The translations under genes were made by a program, and so were the position numbers. The notes below the pieces were generated by a model. The model searched no databases. It was not told the origin of the DNA and saw only the letters and a list, made by a program, of their open reading frames with translations. From positions 13,825,360-13,889,359 of the forward strand of contig NC_043019.1 of the NCBI RefSeq assembly GCF_006345805.1: 64,000 nucleotides of DNA, written 5' to 3'. The DNA comes from Octopus sinensis (lineage: Eukaryota). Numbering within the stretch: the stretch's first letter is position 1; every line of letters starts with the position of its first letter. This document shows, one piece after another, positions 40,049 through 53,274 of the stretch.

Positions 40049-40385
40049 CTTTCAGTAAGTAAATTAACATCTCAGGGCTGCAGCGCGTATTGTGTTTGTT
40101 AATATATTTCATCCATTTGAAACGCTCGAATGCTTAGAAATAAATAAATAAATAATAAATAACTTGATGGATGATGTAACAGAAACAATGTAACCCAGAA
40201 TAGACAACATACAATAATAATGATTTCAAATTTTCGCAGCAGGCCAGCATGTTCGAGAGAGTGTTAAGTCGATGACATCGATCCCAGTGCTCGATTGTTC
40301 CTTGTATGAAAGGAAAATCGACCATGGCGGAATTTGAACTCAGAACGTACGAAATGCCGCCAAGTATTTTACCACTCGTGCTAAC

Positions 40386-41876
40386 AATTCTTTTCTACTC
40401 TAGGCACAAAGCCCAATATTTTTAGGGCGGGGCTAGTCGATTAGATCGGTCCCAGTATGCAATTGGTACTCAATTTATCGACCCCGAAAGGATGAAGGGC
40501 AAAGTCGATCTCGGCGGAATTTGAACTCAGAACGTAAAGTCAGACGAAATATCTATATCTTTACTACCCACAAGGGGCTAAACACAGAGGGGACACACAA
40601 GGACAGACAAACGGATTTAAGTCGATTATATCGACCCCAGTGCGTAACTGGTACTTAATTTATCGACCCCGAAAGGATGAAAGGCAAAGTCGACCTCGGC
40701 GGAATTTGAACTCAGAGCGTAGCGGCAGACGGAATACCTATTTCTTTATTACCCACAAGGGGCTAAACACAGAGGGGAGAAACTTGGACAGACACAGGTA
40801 TTAAGTCGATTACATCGACTCCAGTGCGTAACTGGTACTTAATTTATCGACCCCGAAAGGATGAAAGGCAAAGTCGACCTCGGCGGAATTTGAACTCAGA
40901 GCGTAAGCGGCAGACGGAATACCTATTCCTTTATACCCACAAGGGGCTAAACACAGAGGGGAAAAACTTGGACGACACGGTATTAAGTCGATTACATCGA
41001 CTCCAGTGCGTAACTGGTACTTAATTTATCGACCCCGAAAGGATGAAAGGCAAGTAGCACTCGGCGGAATTTGAACTCAGAGCGTAGCGGCAGACGGAAT
41101 ACCTATTTCTTTATTACCCACAAGGGGCTAAACACAGAGGGGAGAAACTGGACAGACACATGTGTTAAGTCGATTACATCGACTCCAGTGCGTAATGGTA
41201 CTTAATTTATCGACCGAAAGGATGAAAGCAAAGTCGAACCGGGCGGAATTTGAACTCAGAGCGTAGCGGCAGACGGAAACCTATTTCTTTATTACCCACA
41301 AGGGGCTAAACACAGAGGGGAGAAACTTGGAGACACAGGTATTAAGTCGATTACATCGGACTCCAGTGCGTAACTGGTACTTAATTTATCGCCCCCGAAA
41401 GGATGAAAGGCAAAGTCGACCTCGGCGGAATTTGAACTCAGAGCGTAGCGGCAGACGGAACTACCATCTTTATTACCCACAAGGGGCTAAACACAGAGGG
41501 GAGAAACTTGGACAGACACAGGTATTAAGTCGATTACATCGACTCCAGTGCGTAACTGGTACTTAATTTATCGACCCCGAAAGGATGAAAGGCAAAGTCG
41601 ACCTCGGCGGAATTTGAACTCAGAGCGTAGCGGCAGACGGAATACCTATTTCTTTATTACCCACAAGGGGCTAAACACAGAGGGGAGAAACTTGGACAGA
41701 CACAGGTATTAAGTCGATTACATCGACTCCAGTGCGTAACTGGTACTTAATTTATCGACCCCGAAAGGATGAAAGGCAAAGTAGACCTCGGCGGAATTTG
41801 AACTCAGTACGTAACGACAGACGAAATACCGCTATGCATTTCGTCCGGCGTGCTAACAATTCCGCCAGCTCGCCGC
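40386..41876 (-). repeat. SINE-B concatemer (8 units, ~184-bp period) in SDR intron 2
   Basis: gtcgat markers at 40436, 40621, 40805, 40987, 41169, 41346, 41529, 41713. Single head at ~41876, single terminal tail at ~40386-40435. Confidence 0.9.
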
Positions 41877-44204
41877 ATTAAGCTAGCTTCATCATAACGA
41901 AGTTATTTAAAAGTGAATTCTTTATATTTTCAAAATTAATTTAAATAAATACTGTTTATTTCAATAGAAATATAATAACAAAAGAGTTAACTACAGTTCT
42001 TGTTTTTAGACTTTTTAATGTCGTCACGCCAACAATTTGTTTTTTAAACACTTTTTCGGACAATTTAAAGAGTTTTATTGGCGATGAGGTGACGGAATCG
42101 GAGCGGAAAAAATTCCTTACATTATTTGTTCCAGCTCTTTGCCTTTTTGCCAGCTTAATTTATTTCGGCTTTTTGCGTCCCGGGTTCAAATCCTACTGAG
42201 GATAATTTGGTTTTTATCCTTCTGAAGGTCGGTAAAATAAAGGGCTAGTCAAGTAAGGAGGTGAATTGAATCAAGTACCAATCAGCGCGAAAAGGCTATG
42301 GGCCAGCATCGTATAAAAGTGTAACCGTGTTCTGATAACAATGTGTCATGCTCTCGCTAATAGTTTTTGAAGCCCGTGTAGTCTCGGGCAGATATAGACA
42401 TCCTTTGGGTTCTCCCATTCTTGGCCCGGAGGAACATCCGGGTTGTGACAGTTGGAGGGAAACAGGGTTGCACCAGGATTTGGATAATACTAACTTATAA
42501 CCAAACAGACTGGGATGACGGGAAACGAAGGACAACAGAAACTGCCTGTTTTGGGAATTGAACCAGCGTGGGACTCCGACGACAGATGAAGTGGCACCTC
42601 GGCTGGAATACTCCACCACCCCATCAATATTGCTGTATTTATACCAACACAATGCACACACGAGCACAGGCATAACTGGGCGGATAAGCAGCTTGATTTG
42701 CGACCACGTGATTCTGCGTTCAGTCCCGTTGCGCGGCCACTTGGGTAAATGTCTTCAACTATTGACCCGGATCAACCAATGCCTTGTGAGTGAATTTCGT
42801 AAACGGAAACTGCGTGAAAGCCGGTCTTATATTTGTTTGTGTGTGTGTGTGTTCATCGCTTGACAACCGTTGTTAGTTTGTTTACGTCCATCACAACTTT
42901 GCAGTTCATCAAAAGAAACAAATAAAGCGCTCAACTTTAAAAAGCCCAAAAGCCGCTAGCGTGGCTGTGCGGTAAGAAGCTTGCTTTCTAACCACATGGT
43001 TCCGGGTTCAGTCCCACTGAGTGGCACCTTCGGCCGACCAAAGCCTTGTGAGTGAATTTGATAGACGGAAACTGAAAGAAACCCGTCGTATATATATATA
43101 TCTATATGTGTGTGCCTTTGTGTCTGTGTTTGTCCATCCACCGTCACTTGGCAGCCGATGTTGGTGTGTTTACATCCCCGTAACTTAGTGGTTCGGCAAA
43201 GGAGACTGATATCATAAGTACCAAGTTTGCAAAGAATAAATCCTAGGGTCGATGTGTTCGACTAAAACCCCCTTAAAGGCAGTACTCCAGCATGGCCTCA
43301 GTCAAATGACTGAAACATGTAAAAAACAAAAAAAAAACAAAAGAACATACATATACGGAGTGTGAAACCAGATCCCGTTGAAGGGGGTAACCCCAAAATG
43401 CAAAACAAAATCCCATAAAGCGTTTTACAGATTTACCCCCTCCAACCCCCACCTCACCTCACCTCACCTCACCTCACCTCATCTCACCTCCGCCACCAGC
43501 AGATGATGGAAATCGCTGCGTTGTTTATATACGTTCCCATAGCAACCAATTGAAACCATTATTAGCGATGAACTGGGAGAATCTGAGAAGTTTGTGAGAG
43601 AAATTGACACCCAGGGATCTTTGATGTTTCCTTTTTATCTTTTCTACATGCTTCGGTCATTGGACTGCGGCCATGCTGGGGCACCGCCTTGAAGGACTTT
43701 TATTCGAACAAATCGACTCTAGTGCTTGTTATTTATTAATTTTTTTATTTTATTAAAGTATGATTTTTACTCTATCGGTATCGTTTGCCGAACCGTTAAG
43801 TCACGGGTCGTAAACAAATCAACACCGATTACCATGTAGTGTGTTTGTATGTGAGACAAACGGTCGCGCGTGCACACAGACATGCCCACGTACACACACA
43901 TACACATATATAAAAACCCTTCCAAAACAGACAATAAGCGTAGGAGTGGCTGTGTGGTAAGTATCTTGCTTACGAACCACATGGTTCCAGGTTCAGTCCC
44001 ACTGCGTGGCATCTTGGGCAAGTTTTCTCCTATAGCCTCGGGCTTGTGAGGGGATTTGGGAGAAGGAAACTGAAAGAAGCCCGTCATATATATATATATA
44101 TATATATGTTTGTGTGTGTATGTGTGTGTATGTTTGTGTGTCTGTGTTTGTCCCCCCACCATCATTTGACAACCGATGCTGGTGTGTTTACGTCCCCGTC
44201 GATT

Positions 44205-44465
44205 AATTAAGTACCAGTTACGCACTGGGGTCGATATAATCGACTTAATCCGTTTGTCTGTTCTTGTTTGTCCTCTCTGTGTGTTGCCCCTTGTGGGTAG
44301 TAAAGAAATAGGTATTTCGTCTGCTGCTACGTTCTGAGTTCAAATTCTGTCGAGGTCGACTTTGCCTGTCATCCTTTCGGGGTCGATGTAATCGACTTCA
44401 TCCGTTTGTCTGTCCTTGTTTGTCCTCTCTGTGTTTAGCCCCTTGTGGGTTAGCAAAGAAATAGG
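44205..44465 (+). mobile_element. SINE-B partial units fused to a SINE-A copy
   Basis: SINE-A body switches at cccgtcgat into B units. Other B copies at ~34850-35030 (-), 37290-37500 (-), 38690-38990 (-), 49257-49486 (-), 63415-63560 (+). Confidence 0.75.
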
Positions 44466-44999
44466 TGGTTGCAAAGTAAAGGGAGCCTCTTAACCCCATA
44501 TCTTTATGTTTTTGGAGGAAAGCACCGAGAACTGTCCGTTTATCTTTCTTGAGGCAGAAGAATTAGGAATGAACCAAATCTCCGCAATGGATCGAAACAG
44601 CTACAGTGTCAGTGACACTCTACTTTTTTCTTTTTTTTTTCTTCTTTTTTTTTGTTTTATTATACTTTAAATTCCCCGTGACACAACAGACGTATTATAA
44701 TAAAGATTATCTGAGTGTAATAAATGTCAGTTAATCCCAGACATAAAAACACCAAGAAACTATTTTTCTTCAAACTTTTTTCATTCGCTTTTTCGTTTAT
44801 TGTTTTCTTTATGGCAGGGATAGAAAAGAACGGGTCATGGCATTTTGGGGTGGAGGATAGGAAGGTGGTTGATGGGGGTAAGATAGAGGGGTACTGAGGT
44901 ACTGGGGTACAGGGGTACGCGGGGCATTTAATTAGGTTGTGTTGTAAGATATAAAGGTGAGGATTTCCGCAATAGGAATATTTGATTGGCTGTTGATTG

Positions 45000-45480
45000 G
45001 CAGTCAGAGGCAGTCGAGTGCTCGCTTAGAAATAGTTGACTGATAGTCAATATGGAGGTGATTGATCGTCTACACCATCTTGACTGATGGCGTAGAAGCG
45101 CTTGATTGATCATCCTGAAGTACATAACTGATTATCCAGAAGTTCTTGTCTGATTGCCTAGAAGCAGCTTACTGATCGTCAAAGAGGACTTGATTGATCG
45201 TCTTGAAGAAGTTGACTGATCGACCAGAAATACTTGAATGATCATCCCAAAACACTTCACTGACCATCCAGAAGCACTTGTATGATTGCCTAAAAGCAGT
45301 TGACTGATCGTCAGAGAGAACTTGATTGATCGTCTTGAACATGTTGACTGATCGACTAGAAAATATTTGACTGATCGTCCAGAAACACTTGACTGACTGC
45401 CTGGAAGCAGTCGATTGATCGCCAAAGAGGGCTTGACTGATCATTTAAGAAATAGCTGATCGCTCGTACAAAAGCCGTTG
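45000..45480. repeat. Degenerate 22-bp minisatellite with 6-mer (132-bp) higher-order repeat
   Basis: Unit ~gactgatcgtccagaaacactt; variant unit at 45147 recurs at 45279 and 45390. Confidence 0.82.
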
Positions 45481-45534
45481 ACAGCCCAGAAGCAGCATTC
45501 ATTGATGTTCAGCAATTTTCTATATCAAAATATA

Positions 45535-45870
45535 GTGGAGGCGCGTGGCTTAATGTTTAAGGTATTCTGTTCCCAATCATAAGGTCGTGAGTTCGATTCC
45601 CGACAGTGTTGCATCCATGAGCAAGACATTTTATTCCACATTGCACCAATCCACTCAGCTGGCAAAAATGAGTGATACCTGTTTTTTTTTTTTTTAAAAA
45701 AAGGTTAGCCTTGTCATATTCTGTGTCACGCTGAATCTCCCCTGAGAACTACGTTCAGTGTAGGTGTGTCTGTGGAGTACTCAGCCACTTGCACGTTCAC
45801 TTCACGAGCAGTCTGTTCCGTTGATCGGATCAATTAGAGACCTCGTCGTCGTAAACGACGGAGTGCAAGT
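45535..45870 (+). mobile_element. SINE group C variant (E body, C 3' half) with 13-bp TSD
   Basis: TSD tatatcaaaatat at 45521-45533 and 45871-45883. Confidence 0.8.
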
Positions 45871-46149
45871 TATATCAAAATATCAAAATATAATTTTAAT
45901 ATATGATCAGCGCTCTGGCCATGACTCTTCCATCTTTATGATGTTCCGGTCACTGGGGCTGTTTAGTCCCAGGTTATCTCTGATTGAGCAAAGCCTATAT
46001 CGTCAAATGCTTGATTTTGAACCACAAATGGGTGACCAATGTTACAAATAGTGAAATATTCTTCGGGTCCTAGGATTCGTAGGGGTGGTCACCCGGTTTT
46101 CGTGGAGCACACGTGACCGAAACTGCAATGTCCAACCTGGATGGATATT

Positions 46150-46245
46150 TATATACATGTACCTATGTATTCACACACAAACACACACACACACACACAT
46201 ATGTTTATATACATGCACTTATGTATTGACACACACATACACATG

Positions 46246-46276
<31 letters not shown>

Positions 46277-47954
46277 GTATGTATATAAACATGCATAAAC
46301 ATATGCATACATGTATACACACGCGCACACACATATGCACATATATATAACCACGCATACATATACATATGTACAAGCACACATACACACACACATGCGT
46401 AATTATATGTGTGTGTGTGTGTGTTATAACACCCACACTACCACCACCACCACCACCACCACTACCACCACAACCACTACCACCACCATCACCACCACCA
46501 CTACCACCACAAGAACCACTACCACCACCACTACCACCACTCACCACACCCCACCACCCCACCACTCACCACCACCACCCCACCACTGCACCACCACTCC
46601 ACCAACACCACACCACCACCACCACCACCGCCACAACATCACCACCACCATCACCACCACCCCACCACCACCAGCCACCACCACCACCACCACTACCACC
46701 TACCACCCACCACACTACTACCACCACCACCACCACCACCACCACTCACCACTACCGCCACAACCACCACCACCACCACCACCACCACCACTACCGCCAC
46801 CACCACCACCACCACCCCATATATGTACCCTCACCGTTTTGTTGGAACATACTTTATGATGATTGATGATGAAACGTTTCGCGCCAATACGCCAAAGCTA
46901 CCTACACCTCCTCCGGGCTACGCAACCTCAGTGACTTTCACGCCTGTCGTGGAACAGTCTACGGCGATACCCCATCTACCCGGTGTAGCAAGAACCCCAA
47001 ACGCTCTGAAAACAACGAAAAAAAGTAATTAACAAACACACATTCACACAAAATTAACAACAAGATTCCTTAATTACTCCTCCACCCATCCAACAGCAAC
47101 CTTTTCCCGTTTAAATAGTTTTAATATTTCGCACATGTTTGGCTCATTTTCATGAAATTTTCCAGTCCCTGGCCAATACTACGCCTCCCTCCACTTACAT
47201 GCAAGTATCTCTCACCGCTACCCCCTTTATACGGTGTAGTAAGTCGTACAGCTGTTCTTCTAACATATGTTTACTATAGTTTGGATTGAGGGTCTGTGAA
47301 ACGTTAAGTGGGGCTGGGTGGGAATAGCAAATAGTAAATTAAGGAGGAGCCCTTAAAAGATAAATGGGAACTGTTAAGTACTGAGTGGCCCCTCTGACCC
47401 AAATAACATTGAATATGTTGGAACGAGAAGCTTACGTCCAACAAAGATGACTACCGTTATTGAGAATAATGAATTGAGAAAGGATCTATGTATGTTTATG
47501 TATGTATGTTTGTATATATGTGTGTGTGGATGTATGTATATATGTATGTATGTGTTGATGTATGTATGTTTGTATATATGTATGTATATATGGTTATGTA
47601 TATATGTTTATGTATGATTGTATATATATATATATATATATATGGATGGATGTATGCATGTATGTGTTGATGTATGTATGTTTGTATATATGTATGTATA
47701 TATGAATATGTATATATGTTTATGTATGTATGTTTGTATTCATGTATATATGTATGTATGGATGTATGTATGATTGTATATATATGTATGGATGTATGTA
47801 TGCATGTATGTGTGGAGGTATGTATGTTTGTATTATTATGTATATGTATGTTGGTATATATGTTTGTGTAGGTATGTATGTATATATGTTTGTATTTATG
47901 TATATATGTCTGTATGTATGTATGTATGTATGTATGTATGTATGTATCTATCTA

Positions 47955-48017
<63 letters not shown>

Positions 48018-48060
48018 ATATATATATATAGATAGATAGATAGAGAGAGAGAGAGAGAAA
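46150..48060. repeat. (CA)n, (CCA)n, (TATG)n and (TCTA)n microsatellites
   Basis: (CCA)n 46437-46818, (TATG)n 47487-47945, (TCTA)n to ~48020. Confidence 0.9.
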
Positions 48061-49218
48061 GAGAAAGAGAAAGCAATAAGAAAATGGAGGGGATCAAGAG
48101 GTGGTATTCATCAACTTTTAGACATTATATTATGTCCATTTATTTACTAAAATGACAATTATAACAATATACATACATGTATAACAGATGCTTTGTGGCT
48201 GTGTGGTAAGTAGCTTGCTTACCAACCACGTGGTTCCGGGTTCAGTCCCACTGCGTGGCACCTTAGGCAAGTGTCTTCTACTATAACCTTGGGCCGACCA
48301 AAGCCGTGTGAGTGGATTTGGTAGACGGAAACTGAAAGAAGACCGTCGTATATATGTATAGACATATGTGTGTGTGTGTGTGTGTGTTTGTGTGTCTGTG
48401 ATTGTCCCCCCAACATCGCTTGACAACCGATGCTGGTGTGTTTACGTCCCCGTAACTTAGCGGTTCGGCAAAAGAGACTGATAAAATAAGTAGTAGGCTT
48501 GCAAAGAATAAGTCCTGGGGTTGATTTGCTCGATTAAAGGCGGTGCTCCAGCATAGCCGCAGTCAAATGACTGAAACTAGTAAAGAGAGCTTTACTGGTT
48601 ACAGCCATAAAAAACTACAGCAACCTTGGGTGGTCTTCAAAAGGTTTTCGTCCTTCACAGCGACTGCTGGTACTTTTATATACAATAGCTGTTTTACGTT
48701 CTACATACGTAAGGACACAGCTCGATGCGCATGCTCACATCTGGAAATATGAATATAAACAAAAAAAGTTATGGAATTTGGCAAAAGATAAAAAGTAAAA
48801 CATTACGCCCCAATACACACAGCTCAGTCTGGAGCAGTGTTCCCCCAATCTATTCCCCTCCCCAGGCCCCAATATAATTTTCCAGAAAATTCTGTGCCCC
48901 ACCAGTGGTAGGCCCCTCACCGGCTTTATTTTTAATATTTTATGACAATCATATAATTTAACATGAAAGAATCCACCGTTAACTCTTTTAAGTACAGAGT
49001 ACAAAAGAGAGTACATTATTGACTAAGGAAATAAAAGGTTTTAACAAATCCATGTCCCACTAAAAACAGAAATATAAAAATAAATTTGGATTCCACGCTC
49101 CATCCATAGTTTTCCCTGGCCCCCACCACTGGAGGGTATGTATCCCTCACGCTGGGAATTAGTGATTTAGAGAGGTATAACTAAATACGTGTAGATTTAC
49201 TAATCAAGAAAGCGGCTC

Positions 49219-49256
<38 letters not shown>

Positions 49257-49488
49257 TTTCTTTACTACCAACAAGGGGCTAAACATAGAGGGGACAAACA
49301 AGGACAGACAAACGTATTAAGTCGATTACATTGACCCCAGTGCGTAACTGGTACTTAATTTATCGACCCCGAAAGGATGAAAGGCAAAGTCGACCTCGGC
49401 GGAATTTGAACTCAGAACGTAACGGCAGACAAAATACGGCTACGCATTTCGCCTGGTGTGCTAACGTTTCTGCCAGCTCACCGCCTTC

Positions 49489-49545
<57 letters not shown>

Positions 49546-49574
49546 ATATATATATATATATACATACACACATA

Positions 49575-49629
<55 letters not shown>

Positions 49630-50062
49630 AAGCATCAAACAGTCGTCCGTTAATGGCATCCAAGGGCCACGCGGTGGTGTTAAGCTGGGTGACGTGACCC
49701 TCCAAAGAGCTTCGAAGAGGTTTCCTTCGGCCGAATTTCTCTTCTCCAATGTTCTAAGTCGACCACAAACTACGATAGAAGGTAGGTAGGTATGTAGGTA
49801 GGTACGTTGGCAGAAAAAAAAACCCATGATACCACGCTACGGGATCGAATTCACAATAATCCGACCCCATCCCTCTCCAGTCGTCTTCTTGACATACAAA
49901 CACAAAAACAAAAAAAAAACAAGACAAAATTGACATAAAAACAATTTCAAAGAACTAATTCAAATTTTACAATTTTACTTTTTTTCTTTTTCTTGACATG
50001 ATACAGCATTTGATGCGCATTCACGATGTATTGACTTTGAACAATAGGCACTAAAGTACGTC

Positions 50063-50109
<47 letters not shown>

Positions 50110-50339
50110 TAATAATAATGATAATAATGATAATAATAAAAAATAATAACAGTAATTAGTTCTTTAGAGTGGAAGTCACTCAACCAAAATGTCGAGTTCT
50201 CTGAACTAAATCGCGAGCTTTCTGGACCAAAAACTATCTCTTAATTTACAGGTAGACGCAAAACGACCTGGAAAAATAAATGCTTTCTGATCGCTCCAAT
50301 AAACTTGTTTTTTTTTATAAACACACACACACACACACA

Positions 50340-50370
<31 letters not shown>

Positions 50371-51076
50371 CGTGCCAGTATGAGTAACGTTCACCAACAA
50401 CTCTTACATAAACCAGGCTCTTATATAAACCAATTGGCCAGTACAATGCGTAACATTAATTAAGCAGTTAATGACAAAGAACAAGATTCACGCAATCACT
50501 TTCAATGACTTACAGTTGTTTCTGCTGTAGGGAACTGTGCAGCCAGCATTGAGTGATAGCACGACGTCTTATTGCTTCCTCAGAGCTGCGATTACGTAAC
50601 GCCTCTTCTTTTTGTCATTTATTTATTAACTGTATGTGTATGAAGGCGCGTGGGCTATTGCTTAGGTTGTCGAATGGTGCTGACGATTGCAAGACTGTGA
50701 TTTCGATCCCCGGACTGGGTAAACCTGTAAATGGGTAAACCTGTCACAGAATGGCGACCCGTTCAGCGAGGACTCTCGAAAGCGACAACAATGCGATGAA
50801 GCGCATTGTGGCCATCGGTGTATAACCACATCAGGCAGTCTGGTCTGTATACATAATAATAATGATAATAATAATAATAATAATAATGATAATAATAATA
50901 ATAATAAAAACAATAACAGTAATTAGTGCGTGTATATATATATATATTTATATACACACACACACACTTTATTTGTGGGTGAACAAGGCTACCAATGTTT
51001 TCAGACAGGTACTTACAATTGTTCAAGTGTATCACATGAGCGCGTTGGTACTAGTCTCCATATTGGATGAGAATTG

Positions 51077-51113
<37 letters not shown>

Positions 51114-51433
51114 GTGTGAGTGTGTGTGCAAGCACGTGCGTGTATGTGAGGATAGTGTGTGCTTGTCGGGTGGCAAGGGAGACAACAGTGACTTGGCCAA
51201 AGTGTTTGTGCGTAGCAATGACTCTCGTGTCTGGAAAGTTCCCTTTTCCAGACACAAAAGTACCCGTTTCCAAACATAATGTATGTAGTTTCTCTTGGGG
51301 TTACATCATCGAACGTGACTTTGAAATTTTTATTTAAAAAGGCAGAGTGTAATATGCGGGTGATTTTTCTGCTATTTCTACCATAACGACCGACCATTTA
51401 AAAAACCACTCTTGTTCATTCGAAATACAATGT

Positions 51434-51560
51434 CATCATCATCATCATTATCGACGTCGTTTAACGTCCGCTTTCCATGTTAGCATGGGTTGGACGATTT
51501 GACTGAGGACTGGCGAACCAGATGGCTGCACCAGGCTCCGATCTTGATTTGGCAAAGGTC
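51434..51560 (-). mobile_element. SINE/LINE-tail family D with (GAT)n tail
   Basis: (CAT)n gtttaacgtccgctttccatg...ccagatggct. Related copy at ~52960-53180 behind a long (CAT)n. Confidence 0.6.
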
Positions 51561-51593
51561 GTATATAAATATAAAATCATTACCTGTCGGTAA

Positions 51594-52038
51594 TGATGGC
51601 AGAACCCCCAAAGACATACTCTACGGAGAGCTTGCTAGGGGTACTAGGTCTGTGGGTAGACCGATCTTACGTTACAAGGATGTTTGCAAAAGGGATATGA
51701 AGGCCTGCAACATCAATATTTGCGGTTGGGAGGCAGTTGCCAGCAACCGTGGAGAATGGCGACGTACCGTAAAAGAGGGAATACAAAGGAGTGACAGAGA
51801 GAGAGAGGAGAAATGGAAAGACAAGAAAAGACGTCAACAAGAAACTATGACATTACAACCAGCCAGGAACAGTCTTCGCTACATTTGCGGTACCTGCCAG
51901 AGGGAGTGTTTGTCCAGGATAGGACTACACAGCCACAGCAGGAAATGTATCAGGACATGAAATATAAAAGCCGGACTAGACTACTTCATGCGCAACTCCA
52001 TTGTCTCCCGAGACAGAAAGGATGCCAATACAATACAA
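51594..52038 (+). mobile_element. 5'-truncated RTE-clade (BovB-like) LINE with 13-bp TSD
   Basis: Open frame DGRTPKDILYGELARGTRSVGRPILRYKDVCKRDMKA...W...NRGEWRR...YICGTCQRECLSRIGLHSHSRKC. 3' UTR, (CAATA)n tail, TSD tacctgtcggtaa at 51581-51593 and 52039-52051. Confidence 0.92.
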
Positions 52039-52151
52039 TACCTGTCGGTAAGAGGAAATGTTTGATTACCTGTCTCTGTTCATACAAGATATAAATGTAC
52101 AAAATCAATCAAACCGATTGATGCATTGTTTCAATATTTATATATTTCCAG

Positions 52152-52283
52152 GTGAAAAACGAGATTGGAAATGTGGATATTCTGGTCAACAATGCTGGAA
52201 TTGTCACTGGTAAGAACTTACTTGACTGCACAGATCAAGACATCATCAAAACAATGCAAGTGAATGTATTAGCACATTTTTGG
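52152..52283 (+). CDS. SDR16C5-like: SDR16C-family dehydrogenase, coding exon 3
   Basis: ttccag acceptor. [44 protein letters not shown] (NNAG motif; NVLAHFW typical of SDR16C). GTTAGT donor at 52284 (phase 0). Confidence 0.95.
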
Positions 52284-52893
52284 GTTAGTCCTATATTTTT
52301 AATAATTATTTTTTATATTTTATTCAATCCCTCATCCTGTCCCTCATCCTGCCTCCTACTCTCTTCTCCAATCTTCTCCCACCTTGATCCCAATCTCTTC
52401 CTTATTCTTCGTAATAAGCGACCCCTAAAATTTAATGTGTGGATCCTATGCGTTTCTGATAAGAAACTTGCTTCCCAACCGCAGGGTTACTGGTTCAGTT
52501 CCACTGCGTAGCAACTTGAGTGAGCGTCTTCTACTATAGCCCCGGGCTGACCAAGGCTAGCCTTCAGTCATTTTGCCATGCTTATCACTGGAACCTACGA
52601 TCGCAACGGTGGGCGTGGCAACAGTTTTATAAAGGCTTTTGTCACTGAGATCCCAACGATGTACGTTGGGTCGTCAGATTAAAACAAAATCGTGATTAGA
52701 GGTACAAACTACTCTTAAGTTTGTTTACAATCCCTCACTGTCTTCTCGCATCTACACACCCTCCTCTCCCTCCTCCTTCTCCTCCTCCTCCTCCTCCTCC
52801 TCCTCCTCCTCTCATCATCATCATCATCATCACCACCACCACCAGCTCCATCATCATCATCGTCGTCATCATCATCACGACGACGACCACCAC

Positions 52894-52926
<33 letters not shown>

Positions 52927-53274
52927 TACCATCATCATCACCATCGCCATCATCATCATCGTCATCATCGTCATCATGTTCCCATTTCCATGCTGGCATA
53001 GGGTTGTACGGTTTTATCAAGAACAGACGAGCCAGATGGCTTCGCCAGGTTCTGTGTCTGTTTTTGGCATGGTTTCCAGAGCGGGATATCCTTCCTACCG
53101 TCCGCCAACCACTTAACGGCGTGCACTGGTTGCTTTTTACGTGGCACCAGCACCGGTGAGGTCGCTGATCACCAATTACCCGCACGAATATTCTTATTAT
53201 TTTTCATGTTCTTCCTTTATCGTTTGTATTTATTCCTTCTTTTCCTTCTTTTTTTCTTCTTCTTCGATCGCCAG

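Noticed and set aside
40386-41876. CRISPR or ribozyme array interpretation of the 184-bp units
   Set aside because: Units are whole SINE bodies without spacers, and I found no hammerhead or HDV core on either strand.
43533-43550. RFX X-box-like GTTCCCATAGCAAC next to CCAAT
   Set aside because: A single degenerate motif match is plausible by chance in 64 kb; no supporting evidence.
46030-46094. 9-bp inverted repeat gggtgacca/tggtcaccc
   Set aside because: Too short, no TSD, single copy.
48836-49166. Possible decayed hAT-type MITE (cagtgttccc...gggaattagtg)
   Set aside because: Termini match poorly and no 8-bp TSD is visible.
51490-51593. N-terminal part of the 156-aa ORF
   Set aside because: It lies outside the RTE TSD, in family-D SINE and flank sequence; chance in-frame fusion.
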